Origin: an uncultured Gemmatimonadaceae bacterium
GTDB lineage: Bacteria > Gemmatimonadota > Gemmatimonadetes > Gemmatimonadales > Gemmatimonadaceae
DNA length: 64,000 nt
NCBI GenBank assembly: GCA_963740355.1
Contig: CAVUDW010000002.1
Coordinates: forward strand, 448,001-512,000
Reading direction: 5' to 3'
The position numbers were made by a program, and so were the translations under genes. Of this stretch, positions 27,734-36,417 are shown piece by piece. Every line of letters begins with the position of its first letter. Positions within the stretch are counted from its first letter, which is position 1. The notes beneath the pieces are model-generated. The model was not told where the DNA came from, did no database searches, and worked only from the letters and a program-made list of their open reading frames with translations.

Positions 27734-28834
27734 ATGACGTCATTGCCGCTGTCTGGCGTAAAAATCCTCGATCTCAGTCGCGTTTTGGCGGGTCCGCTCT
27801 GCAGCATGACCCTCGCGGATCTGGGTGCGAACGTGATCAAGGTCGAACGCCCGGAGGGAGGCGACGAGACGCGGGGATGGGGGCCGCCGTTCGATGGCCG
27901 CGGTGAGTCGGCCTATTTCCTGAGCATCAATCGCAACAAGCGCTCGCTCACCGCCGACCTCGAGCGCGAGGACGATCGGCTTCTGCTCCATGGCCTGTTA
28001 CGCGATGCCGATGTCGTTATCGAAAACTTCCTTCCCGGTGCGTTGTCGCGAAAAAGATTTGATGCTGCTGAGATACTGGCGCAGTTCCCGAGGCTGATAT
28101 GGTGCTCGATCCGAGGGTATCCGGGCGACCAATCACGCCCAGGATACGACTTTGCAGTGCAAGCCGAGTCCGGTTGGATGAGTGTGACTGGGGATCGGGA
28201 AGGCTCGCCTGTGAAGACGGCCGTCGCTCTGGTTGACGTGCTGACCGGGAAGGATGCTGCGATCGCCATTCTGGCGGCACTCGTCGGACGCCGCGACCGA
28301 CCTGCGGCGGAGAGGCATCTCGTACTCACCCTCGGTGCCAGCGCAGCGGCGGCACTGGTGAATGTGGCGCAGAATGCCTTGGTGTCGGGTCAGGAGGCGG
28401 GTCGATGGGGGAACGCCCATGCGAACCTCGTTCCCTATCAACTGTTCGACACCGCCGATCGGCCGATCGTGATCGCCGTGGGCAATGATGCGCAGTGGCG
28501 CGCGCTGACCGGAGTGCTGGGCGATACCGCGCTTGCCGATGATCCGTCGTTGTCGACCAACGCTGGCCGCGTAACCAACCGGGCGCAGTGTGTCGAGCGG
28601 GTGCAGCGCCTGCTTCGCACACATGGCGCGGAGGTCTGGAAGGCGGCCTGCCTGAGGGCTGGCGTGCCGGTCGGTCTGGTGCGCACGGTGCGCGAAGCGC
28701 TCCAGGATGTCGAGGCCTCGGCACTCACGGGTGTGTCATCGAGTGTTGGCGGCGTCGTGCGTCGGCCGCCGCCGCTGCTCGGTGAGCATACGGCGGAGAT
28801 TCGTGCGCACGGTTGGGGTCCAGCAGGCAGCTGA
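27734..28834 (+). CDS. CaiB/BaiF family III CoA-transferase
   Basis: LDLSRVLAGP, LADLGANVIKVE, NRNKRS, ENFLPG, GYD, PPLLGEHT. Confidence 0.93.
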   Translation: MTSLPLSGVKILDLSRVLAGPLCSMTLADLGANVIKVERPEGGDETRGWGPPFDGRGESAYFLSINRNKRSLTADLEREDDRLLLHGLLRDADVVIENFLPGALSRKRFDAAEILAQFPRLIWCSIRGYPGDQSRPGYDFAVQAESGWMSVTGDREGSPVKTAVALVDVLTGKDAAIAILAALVGRRDRPAAERHLVLTLGASAAAALVNVAQNALVSGQEAGRWGNAHANLVPYQLFDTADRPIVIAVGNDAQWRALTGVLGDTALADDPSLSTNAGRVTNRAQCVERVQRLLRTHGAEVWKAACLRAGVPVGLVRTVREALQDVEASALTGVSSSVGGVVRRPPPLLGEHTAEIRAHGWGPAGS

Positions 28835-28967
28835 CACCTAGGGCATCGCAGCCTCACCCGAACGTGTGACGCCACCCGGGATGTATCGTCTCTGGGGTGC
28901 CATGGGAACACTCGTCATGCCATCCGGGACGTTGTGGGGGGGATCGCACGGTAGTTATCGTGCGATT

Positions 28968-29543
28968 GTGCAAACTCCCCCTCAAACACTTCCGGCTGAC
29001 ATTGCCGAGCAGGCGGACGTCGACGCCCGATCCATCGCCCGCGTGCTGGCGGGTGATCGTGAGGCCTTCGCCGTCCTGGTGACGAAGTACAGCGATCCGC
29101 TGTACCGGCACGCGCTGAACATGACAGGAAGTCCTGATGTCGCCGAGGACATCATGCAGGCTTCCTTCATCAAGGCTTTTTCGCATCTCGGTGAGGTGCG
29201 AGGCCGGTTCGATGCCTGGATTTTCCGAATCGTAGCGAACGGGTGCAAGGATTGGTTGAAGAACATCCGACGCACGCACGTGAGTTACGAAGAGGATGAT
29301 CAGCCGTCACACCTGACGACGCCTGACGAAGAGCTTGATCGTAGTGAGCTCCGAGTCGACCTCGACTGGGCCCTTGGCCAGCTGTCGCCGTCGTTGCGGG
29401 AGGCCTTCGTGATGAAGCATGTCGAAGGTCGGTCGTACGAGGAGATGGCCGAGATGCTGGACTCTACCGTCGGCGCGCTCAAGATGCGTGTGCATCGTGC
29501 ACGCGAAGCGCTGCAGGCTCTTCTCGAGGAGAAGTACGCATGA
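28968..29543 (+). CDS. ECF RNA polymerase sigma factor
   Basis: AEDIMQASFIKA, WIFRIVAN, SYEEMAEML..GALKMRVHRAR; start uncertain. Confidence 0.9.
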   Translation: MQTPPQTLPADIAEQADVDARSIARVLAGDREAFAVLVTKYSDPLYRHALNMTGSPDVAEDIMQASFIKAFSHLGEVRGRFDAWIFRIVANGCKDWLKNIRRTHVSYEEDDQPSHLTTPDEELDRSELRVDLDWALGQLSPSLREAFVMKHVEGRSYEEMAEMLDSTVGALKMRVHRAREALQALLEEKYA

Positions 29544-30019
29544 TGATGGACATGACACCGAATCCAGAGGGCGCGCGGGGCGACCGTGAAGTCACCCCGC
29601 CCTCGGCGAACAAGCCCCTGGCAGATCGGCCCTTGGTCGATCGTGAAGTTCCGCTGCGCGCTGATGGTGCGATGGCGGCGTTGAACGCGTGGCTCGATGG
29701 GGAAGCCCCGGCCCCGCGTCTGGCGAACAATCAGCTCACCCCCGAGGCCGAACTCTGGTCCCGGATCAGTCGCGAAGCATCGGCGCGCAAGGAAGTCCGC
29801 ACGCCTGCTCATGTGGCCGCGCAGATCATGAACGCGCTGCCGCCTGCGACCGCGGCTCGTCTGGTCGCGGCTCCGGCTGTTCATAGCTCGACCGAGACGT
29901 TCGCCCGTGCCGTTCCGACACAGGCGACGACCTCGGGCATCACCATGCAGCCGACGACGCTCGCGCTGCTGGCCGTGGTCTTCATGACCCTCGGCGCGGT
30001 GATCGCGCGCTTCTTGTAG
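29540..30019 (+). CDS. Putative anti-sigma factor (single C-terminal TM)
   Basis: ATGA overlap with the sigma gene; LNAWLDGE; C-terminal hydrophobic helix. Confidence 0.6.
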   Translation: MMMDMTPNPEGARGDREVTPPSANKPLADRPLVDREVPLRADGAMAALNAWLDGEAPAPRLANNQLTPEAELWSRISREASARKEVRTPAHVAAQIMNALPPATAARLVAAPAVHSSTETFARAVPTQATTSGITMQPTTLALLAVVFMTLGAVIARFL

Positions 30020-30047
30020 TTCGCGTCGCGGTTGCGACGGATCGGTA

Positions 30048-30087
30048 CAACGCGGGGCGGCGATCAGTGTGATCGCCGCCCCGTTGT
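30048..30087. terminator. GC-rich hairpin after the sigma operon
   Basis: CGGGGCGGCGATCA-GTG-TGATCGCCGCCCCG. Confidence 0.7.
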
Positions 30088-30130
30088 GCGTATCCCGTGC
30101 GTGAAAACGACTCCAAGGAGTCAGAACAAC

Positions 30131-30264
30131 ATCAAGGGGTCAGAGATCTTGAAAAAAATGATGATGCGGCGTCATCAAATCTTTCAAGATCTCTGACCCC
30201 TTGATCGCGAATCTTTCAAGATCTCTGACCCCTTGATCTCTGACCCCTTGATCGGACCCCTCGA
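30131..30264. repeat. REP-like cluster of ATCAAGGGGTCAGAGATCTT units (inverted pair plus tandem copies)
   Basis: Perfect 24-bp inverted repeat 30131-30154 / 30182-30205, followed by one more full and two shortened copies in reverse orientation. Confidence 0.85.
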
Positions 30265-30287
30265 CCGGCCGGCGACGTGGTCGCGCC

Positions 30288-31700
30288 TCAGATGTGAATC
30301 GCGCGCCCCAGCACCGCCAGCGCCGCTTCCTTCACCGTCTCGCCAAGCGTCGGATGCGCGTGCGTGGTGATCGCGATGTCCTCCGCTGAACCCTTGTACT
30401 CCACCGCCAGCACGATCTCCTGAATCAGGTCGCCGGCGTTGGCGCCGAGAATGTGGCAGCCGAGCAGTTCATCCGTGGTGGCATCGGCGATGATCTTCAC
30501 GAAGCCGTTCGTTTCGCCAAGGCAGCGCGCGCGACCATTCGCCGAGAACGGGAACTTGCCGGTCTTGTAGGCACGGCCCGAGGCCTTCACCTCGGCCTCC
30601 GTGAGGCCGACCGTCGCGATTTCGGGCCAGGTGTAGACCACGCCCGGAATCGCGGCGTAGTGCATGTGCACCTTCTTCCCGGCGATCACCTCCGCCGCGA
30701 TCACCCCTTCTTCTTCCGCCTTGTGCGCCAGCAGCTTGCCGCCGGCGACGTCACCGATGGCGAAGACACCAGGAAGATTGGTGCGCATCTGACCGTCCAC
30801 CGCAATCGAACCATTCTTCTGCAGCGCGAGGCCCAGGCCAGCGGCATCGATGCCATGCAGCAGCGGCTTGCGACCGACGCTCACCAGCACCACATCCGCC
30901 TCCAGCACTTCGCTCGCGCCGTCCTTTTCGACGGTCAGCTTGATCACCTTCTTCGACGACAGGTCGGCGGCCGTCACCTTGGTCCCGGTGCGGATCGCGA
31001 GGCCCTGCTTGGAGAAGATGCGTGTCGCGTCCTTGATCACATCGTCGTCGTTGCCCGGCAGGATCGTCGGCATGAACTCGACCACCGTGACTTCGGCGCC
31101 AAGACGACGCCAGACTGAACCGAGCTCGAGTCCGATCACGCCGCCGCCCACCACGATCAGGCGCTTCGGCACCGACTCCAGGGTCAACGCGCCGATGTTC
31201 GACACCACGCGCTTTTCGTCGAACTTGAGGAACGGCAGCTCGACCGACGCCGAGCCGGTGGCGATGATGACGTTCTTCGCCGCGTAACTGGTGACTGTGC
31301 CATCCGCCGCGGTGACCTCCACCACGTTGCCGGCCTTCAGTGCACCGGCGCCGCGGGCCCAGGTGACCTTGTTCTTCTTGAAGAGGAACTCGACGCCCTT
31401 CGTGTTCGCGCTGACCACGTCGTTCTTGCGCTTCATCATCTGCGCCAGGTCGACCGACACCTTCTCGATCACGACGCCGTGGTCGGCGGCCGAATGCTTC
31501 GCGAACTCGAAGTGCTCACTGCTGGTCAGCAGCGCCTTGGATGGGATGCAGCCGACGTTGACGCAGGTACCGCCCAGCGTCTTGTCCATCTCGACGCAGA
31601 CCGTGTTCAGCCCGAGCTGCGCGGCGCGAATCGCGGCCACGTAGCCCCCGGGCCCGCCGCCGATGACGACGACATCGGCGGGGATCGATGCAGTGGCCAC
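30288..31700 (-). CDS. lpdA: Dihydrolipoyl dehydrogenase (E3)
   Basis: GGGPGGY, GGTCVNVGCIPSK, GGGVIGLE, LAHKAEEEG, HAHPTLGE. Confidence 0.96.
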   Translation of the reverse strand: MATASIPADVVVIGGGPGGYVAAIRAAQLGLNTVCVEMDKTLGGTCVNVGCIPSKALLTSSEHFEFAKHSAADHGVVIEKVSVDLAQMMKRKNDVVSANTKGVEFLFKKNKVTWARGAGALKAGNVVEVTAADGTVTSYAAKNVIIATGSASVELPFLKFDEKRVVSNIGALTLESVPKRLIVVGGGVIGLELGSVWRRLGAEVTVVEFMPTILPGNDDDVIKDATRIFSKQGLAIRTGTKVTAADLSSKKVIKLTVEKDGASEVLEADVVLVSVGRKPLLHGIDAAGLGLALQKNGSIAVDGQMRTNLPGVFAIGDVAGGKLLAHKAEEEGVIAAEVIAGKKVHMHYAAIPGVVYTWPEIATVGLTEAEVKASGRAYKTGKFPFSANGRARCLGETNGFVKIIADATTDELLGCHILGANAGDLIQEIVLAVEYKGSAEDIAITTHAHPTLGETVKEAALAVLGRAIHI

Positions 31701-31703
31701 GGG

Positions 31704-33086
31704 TCAGTCCACCAGCATCGCGGCCGGATCTTCCATCAACTCCTTGATCCGGACGAGGAAGAGCACCGCCTGCTGGCCATCGATGACGCGATGATCGTAG
31801 CTCAGCGCGACGTACATCATCGGGCGGATCTCGACCTTGCCGTCGATCGCAACCGGGCGATCCTGCGTCTTGTGCAGGCCGAGGATGGCGACCTGCGGGT
31901 AGTTGATGATCGGCGTCGAGATGAGTGAGCCGAACACGCCACCGTTGGTGATTGTGAAGGTGCCGCCCGTCAGGTCATCCATCGCCAGCTTGCCGGTGCG
32001 CGCCTTGTTGGCAAGGTTCGCGATGTCGCGGCTGATGGTGAGCATGCCCTTCGTGTCCGCATCCTTCACGTTCGGCACCACCAGGCCCGCTTCGCTGGCC
32101 ACCGCGATGCCCATGTTCACGTAGTGCTTGTAGACGATGGTGTCGCCGTCGATCTGTGCGTTGACGAGTGGGAACGCCTTCAGCGCGTGCGTCGCCGCCT
32201 TCACGAAGAACGGCATGAAGCTGAGCTTCACGCCATGCTCCTTCTCGACCTTGTCCTTGAGGCGAGCACGGAGCGCCGTGGTGGCGCTCATGTCGATCTC
32301 GTTGAACGTGGTCAGGTGCGCCGTGTTGTGCTGCGCCTGCAGGAGGTTCTCGGCGATGCGCTTGCGGCGCGTCGTCATCTTCTCGCGCGTCTCGCGCTCA
32401 CCTGTCCGTGCGGGCGCCGGTGCAGGCGCTGGAGCCGCAGCCGGAGCGGCGGGCTTGGCGGCATTCGCGGCGATGGTGTTGATGACATCCGTCTTGCTCA
32501 CCACGCCGCCTCGACCAGTGCCAGTGACCGTGGCGATGTTGAGCCCCGCTTCATCGGCAGAGCGACGCGCTGCGGGCGCCGACTTCATCATCATCGCGGT
32601 TGGCACCGGCGTGGGGCCCGAGCCTGGGTCCTGCGGGTTGGGCGGCGGCACATCGCCACCACTCATCATCATCGCGGTCGGCACCGGTGTCGGGCCTGAG
32701 CCGGGGTCCTGCGGGTTGGGCGGCGGCACATCGCCACCGCTCATCATCATCGCGGTCGGCACTGGCGTCGGGCCCGACCCGGGATCCTGCGGATTGGGGG
32801 GCGGCACGTCGGCTGACATGGCGACGGCGGCGCCAGCAATGCTCGCGGTGCCAGTCTCATCGAGCTGGCCAAGCACGTCATCGACAGCCACGACGTCACC
32901 CTCGGCACGCGAGCGCGCAGTGAGGATTCCCGCCTTCAGCGCGGGAACCTCGACGGTGATCTTGTCGGTTTCGAGTTCGACGAGGGTCTCACCCGCCGCA
33001 ACGGCGTCGCCCTCCTGCTTGAGCCAGCGTGACACGGTCGCTTCGACGATCGACTCGCCGAGCGGTGGCACCTTGATCGCTATCAT
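31704..33086 (-). CDS. sucB: 2-oxoglutarate dehydrogenase E2 (dihydrolipoyl succinyltransferase)
   Basis: Lipoyl domain ETDKI, E3-binding [37 protein letters not shown]. Confidence 0.93.
   Translation of the reverse strand: MIAIKVPPLGESIVEATVSRWLKQEGDAVAAGETLVELETDKITVEVPALKAGILTARSRAEGDVVAVDDVLGQLDETGTASIAGAAVAMSADVPPPNPQDPGSGPTPVPTAMMMSGGDVPPPNPQDPGSGPTPVPTAMMMSGGDVPPPNPQDPGSGPTPVPTAMMMKSAPAARRSADEAGLNIATVTGTGRGGVVSKTDVINTIAANAAKPAAPAAAPAPAPAPARTGERETREKMTTRRKRIAENLLQAQHNTAHLTTFNEIDMSATTALRARLKDKVEKEHGVKLSFMPFFVKAATHALKAFPLVNAQIDGDTIVYKHYVNMGIAVASEAGLVVPNVKDADTKGMLTISRDIANLANKARTGKLAMDDLTGGTFTITNGGVFGSLISTPIINYPQVAILGLHKTQDRPVAIDGKVEIRPMMYVALSYDHRVIDGQQAVLFLVRIKELMEDPAAMLVD
32586..32819 (-). 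repeat. 78-bp (26-aa) tandem repeat x3 inside sucB
   Basis: Units start at 32586, 32664, 32742; peptide (SGG)[23 protein letters not shown]. Confidence 0.95.
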
Positions 33087-33206
33087 TCGCGAGGATCCTG
33101 TTCGATGGGGGCGCGGGGAACGCGCTTCAAAATACCGCTCGATGCCGCACGCGACGCGATTTGCCGCGCGCGAGAATACTAACTAACGCCACACTCCGAC
33201 TTCTTG

Positions 33207-34247
33207 ATGCGCGCACTGGTTCTGGGCGGCCATGGTGGGCTGGAACAGCTCTCGGTCCGGGACGATCTCCCGGTGCCGACCCTCGATGGCCCGCATGCGG
33301 TCCGGCTGCGGATGTCTGCCGTTGCGCTGAACCGATTGGACCTGTTTGTGATGACGGGCTGGCCTGGCCTGACGCTGACGCCAGACTGGGTGCCGGTGGC
33401 GGATGGAACCGGAATCGTGGATGCGGTGGGCGAGGCGGTGACCCGGGTGAAGGTCGGGGACACGGTGGTGATCAACCCAGGGAGCAGCTGCCGGACTTGC
33501 GCGTATTGCGTGGCAGGGCAGGAGCCGCTCTGTCTCGACTACGAGCTGCTGGGCGAGGACCGCACCGGGACCGCCGCAGAGTTCGTGGTGCTGCCGGAGT
33601 GGAGTCTGGACACGGTGCCAGCCGAGATTCCGGTCGCGGAGCGCGCGGCCTTCGGGTTGGCCACACTGACAGCCTACAGGATGGTGGTGGGCAAGGCTGG
33701 GGTGCGTGCGGGCGACCAGGTGCTGATCTGGGGCATTGGTGGTGGAGTGGCGTTGGCCGCGCTGCAGATCGCCAAGGCGCGTGGCGCGACGGTTTGGGTC
33801 ACGTCGAGCGATCCGGAGAAGCTGGCACGGGCGAAGGCGATGGGTGCCGACCATGTGCTGAACCACACCACCGAGAACGTGCCGGGTGTGATCCGGTCGG
33901 CGACGGCAAAGCGGGGCATGGACGTCGTGATCGACAGCGTGGGGACCGCCACCTGGACCCGCTCGCTGCAGTCGCTGGGCCGAGGCGGCCGCCTGGTGAC
34001 CTGCGGCGGCACCAGCGGGCCAATGGTCGAGACCGACGTGCGGCGACTGTTCATGAACCAGTGGACGATCTCGGGTTCGACCATGGGCAGCGAGGCCGAG
34101 TGGGCGGCGGTCGCGGCGGAGTTTCGTGCGGGCGGTCTGCGTCCTCCGGTCGACTCGATCTTCCCGCTGGAGCGTGCCGTCGACGCCTACGCTCGACTGC
34201 AGTCGGGCCAACAGTTCGGGAAGGTCGTGATCACGGTGTCGCCGTGA
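33207..34247 (+). CDS. Zinc-binding MDR-family oxidoreductase
   Basis: LNRLD, CRTCAYC..C structural zinc site, WGIGGGVA, GSTMG, QFGKVVI. Confidence 0.9.
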   Translation: MRALVLGGHGGLEQLSVRDDLPVPTLDGPHAVRLRMSAVALNRLDLFVMTGWPGLTLTPDWVPVADGTGIVDAVGEAVTRVKVGDTVVINPGSSCRTCAYCVAGQEPLCLDYELLGEDRTGTAAEFVVLPEWSLDTVPAEIPVAERAAFGLATLTAYRMVVGKAGVRAGDQVLIWGIGGGVALAALQIAKARGATVWVTSSDPEKLARAKAMGADHVLNHTTENVPGVIRSATAKRGMDVVIDSVGTATWTRSLQSLGRGGRLVTCGGTSGPMVETDVRRLFMNQWTISGSTMGSEAEWAAVAAEFRAGGLRPPVDSIFPLERAVDAYARLQSGQQFGKVVITVSP

Positions 34248-34495
34248 GTGACGGGGCGGACGCTGGCGATGGGCCCGCGCAGTATTCGCTGGCCGAGCAG
34301 GCGCTGATCCGCGAGGTCGTGCTGACGGAAGCGACACCGCATTGCCCGCGATGCGACACCCATCCCGCCATGACGCGGAAGGGTATCGGCGGCGGGTCGT
34401 TCGGGTTGGGATACCAGCGCAAGCGTGACTGGTTCGTGTGCCCGCGTTGCCGGCGCTCGGCGATCTTCGACCTCAAGCGCGGCACGAGGAATTGA
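34244..34495 (+). CDS. Small zinc-finger protein
   Basis: GTGA overlap with upstream stop; CPRC...CPRC. Confidence 0.65.
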   Translation: MSDGADAGDGPAQYSLAEQALIREVVLTEATPHCPRCDTHPAMTRKGIGGGSFGLGYQRKRDWFVCPRCRRSAIFDLKRGTRN

Positions 34496-34589
34496 CCTGC
34501 CGGGTGCCTCCTTGCTCGGGGAGCTGAGTGCTAGCTTCCACGCTGGCGACTGCTTCGTGCTCGCCGCTCATCATCTCCGTTGATCCGAC

Positions 34590-35363
34590 ATGGATTTTCT
34601 GACGCGACTGCAGGAAAGCTTTGCGACGCTGGGCGAGATCGTTCCGGCCTTGCTGGGCGCGATCGTCATCCTGTTCGCAGGCTACCTGCTGGCGAAACTG
34701 ATCCAGCGTGGCGTCGAGCGACTGCTGAAGAAGCTGAGCGTCAACGACCTGCTGCGGCGCGGCGGCGTGATGCAGGCCGTGGAGCATGCCGGCCATCAGG
34801 TGAATCCGTCCCGGGTCTTCGGCAACATCGTGTTCTGGGCGGTGATGTTCGCCGTGCTTTTGGTGGCGTCGACTGCGGCCGGGCTGCAGTCACTGAATGA
34901 CGTTTTTGCCGAGCTCGTCAGCTACATCCCGAGCATCATTGCGGCGATCGTGATCGTGATCGTGGGGATCGTGCTGGGTGGGTTCGTGGAGGGTTTGCTG
35001 CTGGCGGCGGCGGGGGCGTTGCATGGTGGGCCGACGCTGGCTCGGGTCGGCCGCGGGGGCATCGTGGTGCTGGCTATCTTCATGGCACTGCAGGAGTTAG
35101 GCGTCGCGACCGATATCGTGACGACGGCCTTCGCGATCCTCTTCGGCGCCGTTGCGCTGGCGTTGGCATTGGCCTTTGGGCTGGGGAATCGGGAGCTGGC
35201 CGGTGAAGTGACACGCACGTGGTGGGCGCGGTACCAGCGGGAGAAGGCTGCGATCGATGCCGAGGTAGCCGCAGAAGAGGCGGAGATCGACCAGGAGCTG
35301 GCTGATGATGAAGAAGAGCGTTCGCCCGTCGGGGCTGCAGGTGGAGCGTCGCGGCTGTCCTGA
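34590..35363 (+). CDS. Small-conductance mechanosensitive channel-like TM-helix protein (CmpX-like)
   Basis: Repeated P..(L/I)xAIVIL helices; AFGLGNRELA. Confidence 0.75.
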   Translation: MDFLTRLQESFATLGEIVPALLGAIVILFAGYLLAKLIQRGVERLLKKLSVNDLLRRGGVMQAVEHAGHQVNPSRVFGNIVFWAVMFAVLLVASTAAGLQSLNDVFAELVSYIPSIIAAIVIVIVGIVLGGFVEGLLLAAAGALHGGPTLARVGRGGIVVLAIFMALQELGVATDIVTTAFAILFGAVALALALAFGLGNRELAGEVTRTWWARYQREKAAIDAEVAAEEAEIDQELADDEEERSPVGAAGGASRLS

Positions 35364-35391
35364 ACGGAGCGCTGGCGGTATCTTTGCCGGC

Positions 35392-36288
35392 ATGAATGTT
35401 TGCGTGCGCCGGCTGCAGTCCCTGAGCTCAATCTCCTTCGCGGGTGCGGCATTCGCGGTGGGAGCGTTGTCAGGGTGCGGCCGATCGGGACCGCTGCCGG
35501 AGACCGGGCTGCGTCCTCGCATCCTGAGCAATTCTGCGGTGAACCTGTTGGGTCGCGGTCCGCAGAACGAACTCGAGGCGGCGCTCGAACTGGCGCATGA
35601 TTATCGCGCCCAGTTGCTGCGTGCGTCGGACTTCACCGACATCGGGCAGGACCGTTGCAACGAGGGATGGCTGCGCGGATTTCCACGCGACAGCACCGAC
35701 TCGATGCGTGAGGCCACGGCCGACCTGGTGGACAAGTTCGAGAAGCTGATCCAGGCGTACGCGGTGGATGCGCCGCTCGACACGCCGGAAGGCCACGAAC
35801 TGCTGCGCACGGTGGTGCTGTGGGAGACAGGCCGCGAGCGTCCGCGGTGGGATGTGTGGAGTGGCAAGGCGGCACGGGAAGCCATTGCAGCGGGGCTGAC
35901 GGAGCAGGTCAACGATGCGGCCACGGGGCGATGCCTGGTGAATGCGCGCGGTGACACTGCAGCGTATGTCCTCCCGCTGGTGACTGGCCTTGGGTTGCCG
36001 CCGGTGCGTGGTGCGGCCACCAATCTCGTGTTCGGCGATCGCGGGTTGTCGTCGCTGCGCGCGCGATACTGGGCCACCAAGCCGGTGCACGACAGCAGTG
36101 CGATCCTCGCGTACACGCGCGTATCGGCTGCGATGCTGTGGAAGGAGTATGCCGTGGTGACCGTGCACCGTCCGATGGAGCATCGTGATGGCGCGGCGCT
36201 GTCGACGAGCAATGGTGGTGGGACGTACATTTTCCACCGCGTCGGCAACACCTGGCTGCTGCTCGTCATCGCGCGCTCCTGGGGCTGA
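35392..36288 (+). CDS. Hypothetical lipoprotein
   Basis: Lipobox-like ALSGC; about 298 aa; no family motif recognised. Confidence 0.6.
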   Translation: MNVCVRRLQSLSSISFAGAAFAVGALSGCGRSGPLPETGLRPRILSNSAVNLLGRGPQNELEAALELAHDYRAQLLRASDFTDIGQDRCNEGWLRGFPRDSTDSMREATADLVDKFEKLIQAYAVDAPLDTPEGHELLRTVVLWETGRERPRWDVWSGKAAREAIAAGLTEQVNDAATGRCLVNARGDTAAYVLPLVTGLGLPPVRGAATNLVFGDRGLSSLRARYWATKPVHDSSAILAYTRVSAAMLWKEYAVVTVHRPMEHRDGAALSTSNGGGTYIFHRVGNTWLLLVIARSWG

Positions 36289-36321
36289 CCGTATCCGACC
36301 TGCGCCGGTGGCATGACGTAA

Positions 36322-36343
36322 CGCGCTTCGGCGCGCCTTTTTT
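36322..36343 (+). terminator. Short intrinsic terminator upstream of gyrA
   Basis: CGCGC-TTCG-GCGCG followed by CCTTTTTT. Confidence 0.5.
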
Positions 36344-36417
36344 CGTTCTGTAGTCTGCATTCCCGACGTCGCGTTGCACACGCGCACTGACGTCGGTCAC
36401 GCTTTCACTATCCGCTG

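Noticed and set aside
33207..34247. Alcohol dehydrogenase lacking the catalytic zinc Cys/His
   Set aside because: N-x-x-D in place of C-x-x-D with a retained structural zinc is a known MDR reductase subgroup
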